Notes: generated by a model from the sequence alone, not told the origin. A DNA stretch of 64,000 nt from ANME-2 cluster archaeon (GCA_019429385.1 JAHYIS010000004.1:7597-71596); one strand, 5' to 3'. Shown: positions 46,285 to 57,302, counted from the stretch's first letter. Numbers and translations are program-made.

Positions 46285-47625
46285 CTACTTGAACAGTGCT
46301 TCAACTTCAGAAACAATTTCCAATCTTGTGAAGACAATTACCATATCCCCCGGATGAATATGGGTATCACCATCAGGAACAATAATAGTATCCCCGTGTA
46401 CCACCGTGCTTACGATAGCGCCTTTCGGGAATTTGACATTTTTCAGTGGTGTCTTAACGATCTTTGAACCTTCTTTGGCAGTCAGTTCAAGTATTTCTGC
46501 TTTTTCACCTTCAATTGAGGTTATGGATTGAATACCCGTTTTGCGCAGTGTGGTCTTGAGCACCTCATTGACCGTAGCTTCCCTGGAACTCATTGCCACA
46601 TCCACACCTACCATCTCGAACAACTGGGTATATTCTGTCCTTTCAACACGGGCCATTACCTTTTTCGCACCCAATTGCCTGGCAAGCAGGGAGCACAGCA
46701 AGTTCTTTTCATCGCTATTCGTAACTGATACCACTGCATCCATACCCGGAACATTTACTTCGCTCAGAATATTTATATTAGTACCGTCACCGTTTATGAC
46801 CGTGGTATTGGGAAGTGATTCAGCGACCATCTCACATCGTTTCAGGTCCTTCTCCACCAGCGTAATATTAAAGTTCTTTTTCCGCATGAGTTCAATCAGG
46901 TAAAAACCAACAGTACCGCCCCCCACTATCAGTACCTTATTGCTCTGGTTACTGACCTCGAACCATTTCCTGATATCCTGGATGGCTTCTTCCCTGCCAA
47001 TTATCACCACCCTGTCACCAGAGTGGATGATGTCGTTCCCGCCCGGAATGATAACATCAGTATCCCTGAAAATTGCGGATATCATGCTGCACTGCGGAAA
47101 TTCAATGTCTTTGAGCGCCTTATCCACCAGTACGTTCCCATTTTCCACTTTGAACTCGATCATCTTGACAAGTCCGCTGACAAAGTCCTGGACATCAACA
47201 GCAGAAGGTACTGACAATATCTGGTACATTTCATAAGCAAGGGAAAGTTCAGGACATATCATGATGTTCATGCCGACATTTTCACGCATTGTCACAGGTT
47301 CATCGATATAATCAGGGTTACTTACCATAGCAATGGTCTTGGTCCCGTTTCTGGTCAGCAGTTTGGCAGCCATGCAAGCCACGATATTGAGTTCGTCGTG
47401 ACCGGTCACTGCTACTACCAGGTCTGATGTTTCAATCTTTGCTTTTTTTAATACCTTTACATTGGCACCATTACCCTGGATGACCTGTACATCAAGGTCC
47501 TGTGCCTGCTGCATGGCCTCCTCTTCCTTTTCGATAATAACTACTTCATGGTCATGATAAAGTGCTTTCGCAAGATGATAACCAACATCACCGGCACCAA
47601 TGATTATTATATGCAAATAGGTCAC
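46285..47625 (-). CDS. trkA: Trk system NAD-binding subunit
   Basis: It has two Rossmann motifs (IIIGAGDVGYHLA and VLIVGGGTVGFYL), each followed by an RCK_C-like segment. It is 446 aa. Confidence 0.9.
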   Translation of the reverse strand: MTYLHIIIIGAGDVGYHLAKALYHDHEVVIIEKEEEAMQQAQDLDVQVIQGNGANVKVLKKAKIETSDLVVAVTGHDELNIVACMAAKLLTRNGTKTIAMVSNPDYIDEPVTMRENVGMNIMICPELSLAYEMYQILSVPSAVDVQDFVSGLVKMIEFKVENGNVLVDKALKDIEFPQCSMISAIFRDTDVIIPGGNDIIHSGDRVVIIGREEAIQDIRKWFEVSNQSNKVLIVGGGTVGFYLIELMRKKNFNITLVEKDLKRCEMVAESLPNTTVINGDGTNINILSEVNVPGMDAVVSVTNSDEKNLLCSLLARQLGAKKVMARVERTEYTQLFEMVGVDVAMSSREATVNEVLKTTLRKTGIQSITSIEGEKAEILELTAKEGSKIVKTPLKNVKFPKGAIVSTVVHGDTIIVPDGDTHIHPGDMVIVFTRLEIVSEVEALFK

Positions 47626-47749
47626 CTAAACGTATCGTGGAATAATCAGTAAATTAATAAGAAGCCTAAAATACTCATACTATGTTAAAAGCTTATCCAT
47701 TTCGAAATTCTCAATGGTATTCCCAAATGAATGGTGATACCCCCAAATT

Positions 47750-49939
47750 CTATTGAAAATGGAGGATATTCTGCTGTCCTGTACCTTTTTCTTCCGGTTG
47801 GTCCATAGTATCCGGCTTCTGTTCAACATGAATCCCAAGCTGCCTGAGGGTATTTTTGGCAATCTTGGGACCCAGTATTTTTTCCAGTTTATCGAACCCT
47901 GCATTGCGAATGGCATCCAGGTCATGATATCCCGCATTGAACAGTTTCCTTGCCCGAACGCGCCCGATATCCCTGAGCTTGATAATGGGCAGCAGTTCCT
48001 TTGCAGCCCCATACGAAATACGCTCTACCAGTTCCTGCGCAAGCCCGGTATATTCGCTGCCAAGGTAACCAGCTATGCGCGCTAACGAGTGCATCAGCCA
48101 CCGGGCAGTATCGGCCTGAGCCCTGATATCGCCGGGACCGATATTGAACCTTGATGTGATATCATCCTCCCCTGTTTCAGATATCCAGTCCCGTAATACC
48201 AGTGCAGTTTTCACATCTGACAGGAACCATTCATAATCCCTGCTCTCCTGCCCTGCCAGTTGCACGAACTCATCACAGTGTTCTGATACTTTATCGTTCA
48301 GCCATCCATAATCCCCTGACCTGAGGAATAGTGAATGCATATCAGGTGTGCTGGATATAAGGTGCAGCATGGTAAGGTCAGTGGTTCTTACAGCAGCAAG
48401 ACGCCCGAGCCCATCCAGCATGATACTTGCAGATAGCGGGTCGATATACAGTTTCGAGACCAGTTCTCCCAGTTCGGTAGGGAACAGCTCCTCGTTATCC
48501 AGCAGCATCCTGTTCTCATCGAGAAAACCTATAACCTCATCCACCACTGCAGCAAGTTTCCAGGTCTCCTGCTGATGGGCATAGAATGTAAGGCCCAGGA
48601 AATCCATCAGTTCATCCCTGCTGCCCACAAGCCTGGTGGATACGGCCGAGAGTATGTGGGTGCGCAGGGCATTTTCCGAACCCAGTTTCGACCATATGTC
48701 CTCTGCATCACTGAGGATATACTGGTCCTTGAGTTCCTGCAGTTCTTCAAATGACTTTGCTATCAGTACCGATTCCCCGTACGGGTCCAGTTGTGGTCTT
48801 CCTGCCCGTCCTGCCATCTGCTTGTATTCCAGCACAGGTATCGGTACCATCCCGTAGTTGGGGTCATACCGTCTGTATCCCCGGATTATTACCCGCCTGG
48901 CAGGCAGGTTCAGTCCTGCTGCAAGGGTGGGGGTACTGGATAGGACTTTTATCAAATTGTTCCTGAAACCCGCCTCGACAAGTTTCCTCTGCTCAGATGT
49001 CAGTCCTGCATGATGGAATGCCGCCCCGCCTCTGATACACCTGTTCAGTCTGGTTGCTGTTTCGGTTTCGCCGGTACCTGATACACTCTCAGCCAGGTCG
49101 TTCAGTTCAGAAAGAGTTTTAGCATCATGTTTTTTTGCCAGCACCTGCCCCAACCGCCTGGCACTTGCTTCAGCATTGCGGCGGCTGCTCTCAAAGACAA
49201 GACATTGCCCGCCTTCCTGCAAGGTATCTGATACCAGGTCCACCAACTCGTCCCCATACGGTGACTCCACAGCACGCTGGCCTTGTATGAAATTGATAGC
49301 ACTGCCGAAGAATACACCTTCCCGCAGATCTACCGGACGCCAGTCACTCTCCACCAGCTCTGCATCCAGCCACTCAGCCATATCCTTTGAATTGCCAACC
49401 GTGGCTGACAACCCTATGACCTGGGCATCCGGGTTCGTCTGCATTAGTCTTGCTATTGTCACTTCAAGCGTGGGCCCCCTGTCAACAGAATCCAGCAGAT
49501 GTATCTCGTCAACCACAATTACCGTGAGCTCCTTAATCCAGGATGCACCGTTGCGTATCAGTGAATCGGTCTTCTCGGAGGTTGCTACGATGATATCCTT
49601 TTTCCCTAACCATTCGTCCCTGGAATCCAGGTCACCTGATGATATTCCTGCTTCCACGCCCAGAACATGGAATTCCCTGAACCGTTCATATTTCTCTGAC
49701 GCCAGGGCTCGCAGGGGGACGATATACAGGCATTTACCCCCTTTCATGACCGAGGTCAGCATTGCCAGCTCTGCAAGCATGGTCTTACCCGAAGCTGTGG
49801 GTACGGCAGCCAGGATGTTCTTCCCGTCCAGCAGTCCCGCTTCGATGGCAGCAACCTGGGGAGGATAGAGTTCGGTTATTCCTGAGTCGATATAGAATGA
49901 TGATAATGTACCGGGAATGTTCATTTCAGAGATTTTCAT
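47750..49939 (-). CDS. hel308: Ski2-like DNA helicase Hel308
   Basis: It has Walker A AVPTASGKT, the DEIH box VVDEIHLL, the C-terminal winged-helix/ratchet length and a helix-hairpin-helix tail. Confidence 0.9.
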   Translation of the reverse strand: MKISEMNIPGTLSSFYIDSGITELYPPQVAAIEAGLLDGKNILAAVPTASGKTMLAELAMLTSVMKGGKCLYIVPLRALASEKYERFREFHVLGVEAGISSGDLDSRDEWLGKKDIIVATSEKTDSLIRNGASWIKELTVIVVDEIHLLDSVDRGPTLEVTIARLMQTNPDAQVIGLSATVGNSKDMAEWLDAELVESDWRPVDLREGVFFGSAINFIQGQRAVESPYGDELVDLVSDTLQEGGQCLVFESSRRNAEASARRLGQVLAKKHDAKTLSELNDLAESVSGTGETETATRLNRCIRGGAAFHHAGLTSEQRKLVEAGFRNNLIKVLSSTPTLAAGLNLPARRVIIRGYRRYDPNYGMVPIPVLEYKQMAGRAGRPQLDPYGESVLIAKSFEELQELKDQYILSDAEDIWSKLGSENALRTHILSAVSTRLVGSRDELMDFLGLTFYAHQQETWKLAAVVDEVIGFLDENRMLLDNEELFPTELGELVSKLYIDPLSASIMLDGLGRLAAVRTTDLTMLHLISSTPDMHSLFLRSGDYGWLNDKVSEHCDEFVQLAGQESRDYEWFLSDVKTALVLRDWISETGEDDITSRFNIGPGDIRAQADTARWLMHSLARIAGYLGSEYTGLAQELVERISYGAAKELLPIIKLRDIGRVRARKLFNAGYHDLDAIRNAGFDKLEKILGPKIAKNTLRQLGIHVEQKPDTMDQPEEKGTGQQNILHFQ

Positions 49940-50032
49940 GGACAGTGCATCTTAAAAGTTTAAATAGGTATAAAGACATTTTGCAGTCCGACAATAACAA
50001 TCTGGTTTTTACTATTATTAAAGGTGATACTA

Positions 50033-51190
50033 ATGTACTCGGAACGAATCAATAACCTGCCCCCCTATCTTTTTGCAGCCATAGATAAAGCAAAGTCCAG
50101 GGTCCGTGAAAAAGGCGTCGATGTGATCGACCTTGGTGTTGGCGACCCCGATATGCCCACACCTGGTAATATTGTCGAGGCTCTTTGCCGTTCTGCCAAA
50201 AACCCCGACAGGCAAAAATATCCTTCATATATTGGTATGCTGTCCTTCAGGCAAGCCGCAGCAAAGTGGTACAGGGAACACCTCGGTGTTGAACTGGACC
50301 CTGTCTCCCAGGTGCTGGCACTTATCGGCTCAAAAGAAGGCATCGCCCATATCCCCCTGGCCTTTTTGAATCCTGGCGATGTGGCACTCATACCAGACCC
50401 CGCCTATCCTGTTTATAAGATAGGTACGCTGTTTGCGGACGGTAAGCCATATATCATGCCCTTGCTGGAAGAAAACGACTTTTTACCAGACCTCGATGCA
50501 ATTCCCCGGGATGTAGCAAAACAGGCAAAACTTATGTTCCTGAATTATCCCAACAATCCTACATCTGCCATTGCACCTGAACATTTCTATGAAGAGGTCG
50601 TAGAATTCGCAAAAGAGAATGATGTAATCGTTATTCTCGATAATGCGTACAGTGAAATGACATTTGACGGTTACAAGGCACCCAGTTTCCTGAAGGTCGA
50701 TGGTGCTATGGACGTGGGTATTGAGCTGCATTCCCTTTCAAAGACCTATAATATGACAGGCTGGAGGATTGGATTTGCCGTGGGGAATGCAGATATCCTG
50801 GATGGTCTGGGTAAGGTCAAGACCAATGTAGATTCAGGCGCCTTTGAGGCCGTGCAGGAAGCAGGTATCGAGGCTATGCTCGGGCCCCAGCATTTTATCC
50901 GTGACATGAACAAGATATATACCCAGCGGCGGGATGCCCTGATGGTAGGGCTCAAGGATCTGGGTATTGATTTCCGGCCACCCAAGGCTACATTCTATGT
51001 GTGGGCACCTGTACCTGAAGGACACGATTCCATGGGATTTGCAAAAATACTGCTTGAGGAGGCAGGTATCGTAGCCACTCCGGGTGTTGGATTTGGCGAT
51101 TATGGTGAAGGATATGTCCGTTTCGCCCTGACCAGGTCTGTGGAGCGTATCAATGAAGCTGTAAGCCGCATGGGAAAATTGAAAATCTGA
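50033..51190 (+). CDS. class I/II aminotransferase, LL-diaminopimelate aminotransferase-like
   Basis: It has LPPYLFAAIDKAK...IDLGVGDPDMPTP and the PLP lysine context SLSKTYNMTGWRIG. GGTGA lies 5 nt upstream of the ATG at 50033. Confidence 0.75.
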   Translation: MYSERINNLPPYLFAAIDKAKSRVREKGVDVIDLGVGDPDMPTPGNIVEALCRSAKNPDRQKYPSYIGMLSFRQAAAKWYREHLGVELDPVSQVLALIGSKEGIAHIPLAFLNPGDVALIPDPAYPVYKIGTLFADGKPYIMPLLEENDFLPDLDAIPRDVAKQAKLMFLNYPNNPTSAIAPEHFYEEVVEFAKENDVIVILDNAYSEMTFDGYKAPSFLKVDGAMDVGIELHSLSKTYNMTGWRIGFAVGNADILDGLGKVKTNVDSGAFEAVQEAGIEAMLGPQHFIRDMNKIYTQRRDALMVGLKDLGIDFRPPKATFYVWAPVPEGHDSMGFAKILLEEAGIVATPGVGFGDYGEGYVRFALTRSVERINEAVSRMGKLKI

Positions 51191-51281
51191 AACGGTTCAT
51201 ATAGTATATAAGCTTCAAAGAACATCAGTTATACAGAAAGTTAAATAAGACGTTACATACAATAAATATTAGGGGTTTGTT

Positions 51282-52019
51282 ATGACAACCGAACGTAAGA
51301 CTATGGAAAGAGTACCTTCAGGTATTCAGGGCTATGACGAGATGATAAAGGGTGGTTATTTCAAAGGTACCGTCAACATCATATCAGGAGAATCCGGCAC
51401 CGGCAAAACAGTATTTGGCTCCCAGTTCCTGTACGAAGGTGTAAAGAAAGGCGAAAAATGTTTATGCATTGTTACTTCAGAGGCCTCAGAATCATTAAAA
51501 AGGGAAATGAACTCTTCATTTGGCTGGGATCTATGGGAACTCGAAAAATCAGGTTCGATCATTTTTGTTGATATAACTGACCCGGGATTAAGATTACAAA
51601 AAACTGTTGATATGGCACCGATGGAACTGATAAAAAGTTTTAAGAAACTTTTGTCCCGCAAAGTTGAAGAGGTCAAACCTGACAGGATATTTATTGATTC
51701 TATTGAAGCTCTGTTTTTGGCAATTGATTCACATTACAAGTTAAAAACGCTGGTGGACGACCTGTTCGGCGAGCTCAGGACATTTGATATCACAACCCTG
51801 GTCACGGTTGGGACAACCTTCGAAGTGGAGTCAATAGTGGAGTACGGTGCTGATTCAGTAACCCGTTTGGGCAGGGTTGTTTCAGGAAACAATCTTCAGC
51901 GTTCTATTTACGTGGCCAAGTTCCGCGGTTCAGGTACGATAAATGAGATTCGTGTCCTCAACATTTCTGATAATGGTATCAAAGTGCTTGACCAATCACC
52001 ATATACTTCAACGATGTAG
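51282..52019 (+). CDS. KaiC/RadA-like single-domain ATPase
   Basis: It has Walker A GESGTGKT and a length and pattern typical of archaeal KaiC-domain proteins. Confidence 0.75.
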   Translation: MTTERKTMERVPSGIQGYDEMIKGGYFKGTVNIISGESGTGKTVFGSQFLYEGVKKGEKCLCIVTSEASESLKREMNSSFGWDLWELEKSGSIIFVDITDPGLRLQKTVDMAPMELIKSFKKLLSRKVEEVKPDRIFIDSIEALFLAIDSHYKLKTLVDDLFGELRTFDITTLVTVGTTFEVESIVEYGADSVTRLGRVVSGNNLQRSIYVAKFRGSGTINEIRVLNISDNGIKVLDQSPYTSTM

Positions 52020-52203
52020 CATAAATTGATACTATTTATGGGAACCACATTAATTTGGTCCAAATTACAAATGTGGCATCCCATTTTTCATTAGTTTTAT
52101 ATAGAAATGAGAATGTATAAACAATTATATCTTTACAATTAAAAGAACCACATGGAGAAATCCGTAAATTCAGTGGTTTTTTCTTATTTGGATTAGAGGT
52201 GTT

Positions 52204-52521
52204 ATACTGAGTATTTACAAGAAAAATCAACCCGCTGAAGGTGAAGTCGTTAGAGTCAGGGTTCCCCGTAAGCAGGATAGAGAGATCCTGGGGACCGTTG
52301 AAAGCATGCTGGGGGCAAATAAAGTGCGTGTACGGTGCATGGACGGTGTAATGCGGCTTGGAAGGATACCTGGCAAGATGAAGAAACGGACATGGATTAG
52401 ACCGGGCGATATTATCATTGTTGTACCATGGGAGTTCCAGAATGAGAAAGCAGATGTGATGTGGAGATATACTGGTCCACAGGCTGATTGGCTGGAAAGA
52501 CGTGGATATCTGAAAGGATAA
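52204..52521 (+). CDS. eif1a: translation initiation factor aIF-1A (start codon unresolved)
   Basis: The sequence [67 protein letters not shown]...WRY is the S1-like aIF-1A fold. The conserved part starts upstream of the first ATG (52306). An in-frame stop lies at 52165-52167. Confidence 0.8.
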   Translation: MLSIYKKNQPAEGEVVRVRVPRKQDREILGTVESMLGANKVRVRCMDGVMRLGRIPGKMKKRTWIRPGDIIIVVPWEFQNEKADVMWRYTGPQADWLERRGYLKG

Positions 52522-52527
52522 TCCAAT

Positions 52528-53346
52528 ATGAAGGACTTTGACAGTGCGGTTTCTGAAAAAGTGTACAAAATTGATAAAAAAGTAGATGATTTTCGAAAAC
52601 GGATAAAAGATTCCGAGGATTTAAAACTTAAGGATGAGGTTTTCGATACTTCTACGCTTATGTCACTATATAAACTTTCATCCAGAGGTTATCTGGATGC
52701 GCTTGGGGGTACTATAAGTACAGGGAAAGAAGCGAATATTTTTCATGCGATTAGAATGCAGGACAATAAAGAGCAGGAACTTGCAATTAAGATATATCGC
52801 ATCAATAACAGCAATTTTAAAGCCATGCAGGATTATCTGATAGGTGATGTCAGGTTCAGGAACATAAGGCACACGAAAAAAGATATCGTTCTGGCCTGGA
52901 CCAGAAAGGAATTTCGTAACCTTACCCGGGCACTTGAGTGTGGCCTGAATGTACCAAAACCTATTATTACGGAACGTAATATACTAATTATGGAGTTCAA
53001 GGGAACAGATAATATTCCTTATCAACAGCTTCGTGAATTTCATTTAACGAAGGAACAAGCGACCCGTATCTGTAGTGAAGTGAGCGATTTCATGCGTCGG
53101 TTGTTTTGCGATGCACAACTGGTCCACAGCGATCTGAGTGAATATAATATCCTGCTTGAACCCGAATCTTTGACCCCGGTCTTCATTGACATGGGGCAGT
53201 CTGTAACTCTTGACCATCTCAATGCCAGGGATTTCCTATTGCGGGATATCACTAATATGGCTCACTTTTTTGCCAGGTATGGGGTTGAAATGGATGTGGA
53301 AAGTACCCTGGAAATGATTGTAAAGTCCAGGATAGACCATCAGTAA
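52528..53346 (+). CDS. rio1: RIO-type serine protein kinase Rio1
   Basis: It has STGKEANIF, the catalytic loop HSDLSEYNIL and metal-binding IDMGQSV. Confidence 0.85.
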   Translation: MKDFDSAVSEKVYKIDKKVDDFRKRIKDSEDLKLKDEVFDTSTLMSLYKLSSRGYLDALGGTISTGKEANIFHAIRMQDNKEQELAIKIYRINNSNFKAMQDYLIGDVRFRNIRHTKKDIVLAWTRKEFRNLTRALECGLNVPKPIITERNILIMEFKGTDNIPYQQLREFHLTKEQATRICSEVSDFMRRLFCDAQLVHSDLSEYNILLEPESLTPVFIDMGQSVTLDHLNARDFLLRDITNMAHFFARYGVEMDVESTLEMIVKSRIDHQ

Positions 53347-53366
53347 TATGTGCTATTAGTTATATT

Positions 53367-53927
53367 ATGGGGGAAGTTATGTTAGAGAATAAAATGACCA
53401 CTTATGTAAAGGTACCCATGGAAAGGATCGCTGTAATTATCGGACCCGATGGAAACACTAAAGCACTTATTGAGCAAAAATCCACTGCCACTCTAAAAAT
53501 TGATAGCCAGACTGGCAGCATTGAGATAACTGACCCGAGCGACCCAATACTGGCAATGAGGGCTGCGGAGGTTATCAAATCTATAGGGAGAGGTTTTAGC
53601 CCTGATAAAGTGCTCCGCCTTTTTGACGATGACATGCTTACTGTTGAGATAATGGACCTGAGCCATATAGCCACAACTGCCAAGGAATTGCAGCGCATAA
53701 AGGGGCGTATTATTGGTAAAGGTGGTAAATCAAGGGAGATATTCGAGAACCTGACAGGCTGCAAAATTTCAGTGATGGGTAAGACCGTGAGCATTCTCGG
53801 ACATCTGGACCAGATACTTGTAGCACGCACAGGTATCGAGATGCTGGTAAATGGCTCTCCTCATGGACCGGTATTCTCTTTTCTGGAAAAGAAACGCAGG
53901 GAATTAAAAGAAAACAGATGGGAATAG
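53367..53927 (+). CDS. KH-domain RNA-binding protein (Dim2/Pno1-like)
   Basis: It has two KH modules with GxxG (IIGKGGKSRE). It is in the canonical position after aIF-1A and Rio1. Confidence 0.8.
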   Translation: MGEVMLENKMTTYVKVPMERIAVIIGPDGNTKALIEQKSTATLKIDSQTGSIEITDPSDPILAMRAAEVIKSIGRGFSPDKVLRLFDDDMLTVEIMDLSHIATTAKELQRIKGRIIGKGGKSREIFENLTGCKISVMGKTVSILGHLDQILVARTGIEMLVNGSPHGPVFSFLEKKRRELKENRWE

Positions 53928-53969
53928 TAATATTTTTAATTCTATTACCATCTGTACAATGCCGGTACT

Positions 53970-54914
53970 TTAAACCGGGAATACTAATTTTTCAACTGCC
54001 ACATATTTCAGTATGGTCAGTGCCGAATTTCCAGGATATATCAGGATTTTGTCTGCCCGATATGCATTAAGGATCACTCTGACCGAATAGCCACCATATC
54101 CTCCGAGAAGTTGATCGCTGTAATGATCTATCCAGGCCTTGAGTATCTTGGCTGCAACGGTTGATGGATTATCGTTCATAATTATATGCGACGGGGGATA
54201 CTCGGATTGCACAATCCATTTATACATGTCATCCACGTAAATTTCATTACCGGTTTCGTATAAGATGTAACTGTCAGTTGACAGGGCTTTTAGCGTGTCC
54301 ACATCAATGATTATCATCCGGTCCAGTCGACCATAATCATTCTCGGCTTTTTCAAAGAACTGTTTCCTATTCGATAATGCGCCAAGTTCAGTGATTTCAA
54401 TGATCTCGGATTGTCGTACATCTTTGTGGTAAACACTGGCTGCTTTTGGCACATCCTTGTATACTACTACGATGAGGTAATCCGTGTCATCCCTGAGATC
54501 CTCCATACCACTTGTCCAGGCATACAAACTTCCACCAATGACCAGTGCAATAATTAGAAAAACTGCAAGGAATGACCGTCTCATTTTTTTCACAAATTTA
54601 TTCGATTGTTTTTTCTCCACTTCTCTAATGATCACCACTTCCTTTTGCACTTCTTTTGGCGGGGTGGGTTCAGGTTTAGGTTTTGGTTTCAGCTTTGGAA
54701 TGAAACTCGATTTGGTTTTTGCTTCAGACTTCAGGTTTGGTTTATTTTCGGAAGTCGTTTCGGTCGTATCATACCCAGAAAAATCGTCTTCCAGATTACC
54801 TTCAGTATCAGGACTTGATTTCTTCGCACCTGACGTAAGTGGTTTTCTATCAGATCCAGACGTTCCAGGCATATCTTCGGCTGCCTGTAAAGTCTCTTCA
54901 TCCTTTTCGTTCAT
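53970..54914 (-). CDS. membrane-anchored hypothetical protein with K/P/E-rich disordered N-terminus
   Basis: It has a low-complexity N-terminus, one TM (FLAVFLIIALVIGGSLYAW) and a ~175-aa outer domain of unknown family. Confidence 0.5.
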   Translation of the reverse strand: MNEKDEETLQAAEDMPGTSGSDRKPLTSGAKKSSPDTEGNLEDDFSGYDTTETTSENKPNLKSEAKTKSSFIPKLKPKPKPEPTPPKEVQKEVVIIREVEKKQSNKFVKKMRRSFLAVFLIIALVIGGSLYAWTSGMEDLRDDTDYLIVVVYKDVPKAASVYHKDVRQSEIIEITELGALSNRKQFFEKAENDYGRLDRMIIIDVDTLKALSTDSYILYETGNEIYVDDMYKWIVQSEYPPSHIIMNDNPSTVAAKILKAWIDHYSDQLLGGYGGYSVRVILNAYRADKILIYPGNSALTILKYVAVEKLVFPV

Positions 54915-55214
54915 AATTATCCCTCATATTGACAATAGTATTTTTCAAATACAAATCAGTATATAGTTATCCTTTTTCATACTTTATCAAGTTTTCCTCA
55001 CTATAAAGAAACAAATACAAAGTAAGAATCTGCTCGCTCAGGTCGCTGTTACTTGAGTATATTTCGTATACTAAAGAATTTTTAATAATATATTTCACTA
55101 TAGATAGTAACCCCCCTTTGTTTCCACTCCATGAAAAACAGTAGCAACAATACTTTCAGTCCGCTCTTTACCACAACATTCTTATGCACGTTTGACTTAA
55201 CCTATGGTTTGGAA

Positions 55215-57302
55215 ATGGCTGACAATTCATCAGAGATTACATGGGAAGAGTTCATAAAACGTTATTATTTTGAGCAGTTGCTTTCTTTGGCAGGAGAATA
55301 TCCTGAGCGAAAAAGCCTGATCATAGAATACCCGGATATAGAAAAATACAGTATTGAACTTGCCAGTGAATTGCTGGAAACTCCTGATAGTGTACTGCGG
55401 CACGCCAACAAGGCGCTGAACAATATTGACCTGCCTATGGATGTGACACTGGCTGATACCCATGTCAGGATAGTAAATCTCCCTGCTGATGTAGAGATTA
55501 GGCAGCTTAGAAGCGATAATATATCAAAATTAATAAGCATCAGTGGTATTATCAGGAAGGCCACAGAAGTAAGACCAAAACTTGTCATGGCAGCATTTGA
55601 ATGTCAAAAATGCGGGCATATTACTGAATTGCCCCAGAGCAGTACTAAGTTTTCAACACCTTTTGATTGTGACAATGAACAGTGTGGCAGGCAGGGTCCT
55701 TTCAAGTTGCTTGTTAAAGAATCTACCTTTATTGATGCCCAGAAACTCAGGATACAGGAATCTCCTGAAGACCTGAGAGGCGGTGAACAGCCCCAGACCC
55801 TTGATGTTGATATTGAGGATGACCTTGTAGGGCAGGTCGCTCCTGGTGACCGGGTGACCATATCCGGCATACTGCGAAGCTACCAGAGAGAGAAGGGTAT
55901 GGTAAAAAGTACCTTTTTTGACCTTGTACTGGATGGTCAGTCCATTGAACGGGAAGACCACGAGTTCGATGAGATAAAAATTACCCTGGAAGAAGAAAAG
56001 CAGATCGAAGAAATGGGAAATTCTCCTGATATCTTTGACCGGATAATTGCCTCCATTGCCCCCAGCATTTTTGGGTATGATGAAATTAAGGAGGCTATGG
56101 CGCTGCAATTGTTCAGCGGTGTGCCTAAACACCTGCCTGACGGGTCAAGAATTAGGGGAGATATCCACATGCTGCTGGTGGGAGACCCGGGTATTGCCAA
56201 GTCACAGCTGTTGCGTTATGCAATTAAGTTGTCACCACGGGGCATCTATACTTCAGGTAAGGGTACAACGTCTGCCGGTCTTACTGCCACTGCTGTCAAG
56301 GACGAGTTCGGGGACGGACGCTGGACACTTGAGGCCGGTGCCCTGGTATTGGCTGATAAGGGAATGGCTGCCGTGGATGAGATGGACAAGATGGCAAAGG
56401 AAGACAGGAGTGCACTGCATGAGGCTATGGAACAGCAGACCATCAGTATTGCAAAGGCCGGTGTCCTGGCAACCCTGAAGAGCAGGTGTGCCCTGCTGGG
56501 TGCGGCAAACCCAAAATTCGGTCGGTTCGACCGCTATGAGGGCATTGCTCAACAGATCAACCTGCCCCCTGCCCTGATATCCAGGTTTGACCTGATATTC
56601 ATACTAACAGATGAAACAAACACTCAGCGTGATACAAATATTGCGGAACATATTTTGAGGGGGCACTATGCCGGTGAGATTGATGCCCAGTACAAAAATG
56701 TGCAGTCTTCCAAAATCACATTGGAGCAGATAGAGACTGCTATGGAGGTAGTCCAGCCAGCCATCAAACCCGAGATGTTGCGTAAATATATTGCATATTC
56801 GAAGCGCCACATATTTCCTGTGCTGGAAGACGATTCACGCCAGATGATCATTGATTTTTACCTTAATCTCAGGAGCCAGGGAAGCGATACCAATTCACCG
56901 ATCCCGGTAACAGCAAGACAGCTTGAGGCCCTTGTGCGCCTTGCAGAGGGGTCAGCCAAAATGAGACTCAGTAATACGGTAACGACTTCTGACGTTAATC
57001 GGATAATCAGGATCGTTACTGAAAGTCTCAAACAGGTAATGACAGACCCCGAAACCGGGAAACTGGATTCCGATATGATCAACACAGGCATGGCAAAAAG
57101 CCAGCGTGACAAGGCCAAACTTATCAGGGATATCATCCGTGAAGTGCAGCAGGACCATGATGGTAAAGCACCTAAGAACGAAGTGATACAGCGTGCAGTG
57201 GAAGCGGGTATGGATGAGGATAAAGCTGAGGATTTTATAAAAAGACTTAAGCGTGAAGGGTCTATTTTTGAACCCAGTAATGGATTTTTGAAAACCACGT
57301 AA
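55215..57302 (+). CDS. mcm: replicative helicase MCM
   Basis: It has the zinc finger CQKCGH...CDNEQCG, Walker A GDPGIAKSQ, Walker B AAVDEMDKM, the arginine finger SRFDL and a C-terminal wHTH. The ORF opens at 55131, but the conserved start is the ATG at 55215. Confidence 0.95.
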   Translation: MADNSSEITWEEFIKRYYFEQLLSLAGEYPERKSLIIEYPDIEKYSIELASELLETPDSVLRHANKALNNIDLPMDVTLADTHVRIVNLPADVEIRQLRSDNISKLISISGIIRKATEVRPKLVMAAFECQKCGHITELPQSSTKFSTPFDCDNEQCGRQGPFKLLVKESTFIDAQKLRIQESPEDLRGGEQPQTLDVDIEDDLVGQVAPGDRVTISGILRSYQREKGMVKSTFFDLVLDGQSIEREDHEFDEIKITLEEEKQIEEMGNSPDIFDRIIASIAPSIFGYDEIKEAMALQLFSGVPKHLPDGSRIRGDIHMLLVGDPGIAKSQLLRYAIKLSPRGIYTSGKGTTSAGLTATAVKDEFGDGRWTLEAGALVLADKGMAAVDEMDKMAKEDRSALHEAMEQQTISIAKAGVLATLKSRCALLGAANPKFGRFDRYEGIAQQINLPPALISRFDLIFILTDETNTQRDTNIAEHILRGHYAGEIDAQYKNVQSSKITLEQIETAMEVVQPAIKPEMLRKYIAYSKRHIFPVLEDDSRQMIIDFYLNLRSQGSDTNSPIPVTARQLEALVRLAEGSAKMRLSNTVTTSDVNRIIRIVTESLKQVMTDPETGKLDSDMINTGMAKSQRDKAKLIRDIIREVQQDHDGKAPKNEVIQRAVEAGMDEDKAEDFIKRLKREGSIFEPSNGFLKTT

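Noticed and set aside
52036-52230. A 64-aa minus-strand ORF between the kaiC-like gene and aIF-1A.
   Set aside because: It overlaps the aIF-1A 5-prime region. It is AT-rich and Lys/Asn-rich with no motif.
55120-55130. The sequence gtttccactcc upstream of mcm resembles part of an archaeal origin ORB/mini-ORB element.
   Set aside because: It is a single partial match with no repeated or inverted copies. No orc1/cdc6 gene or AT-rich unwinding element arrangement is present in the window.
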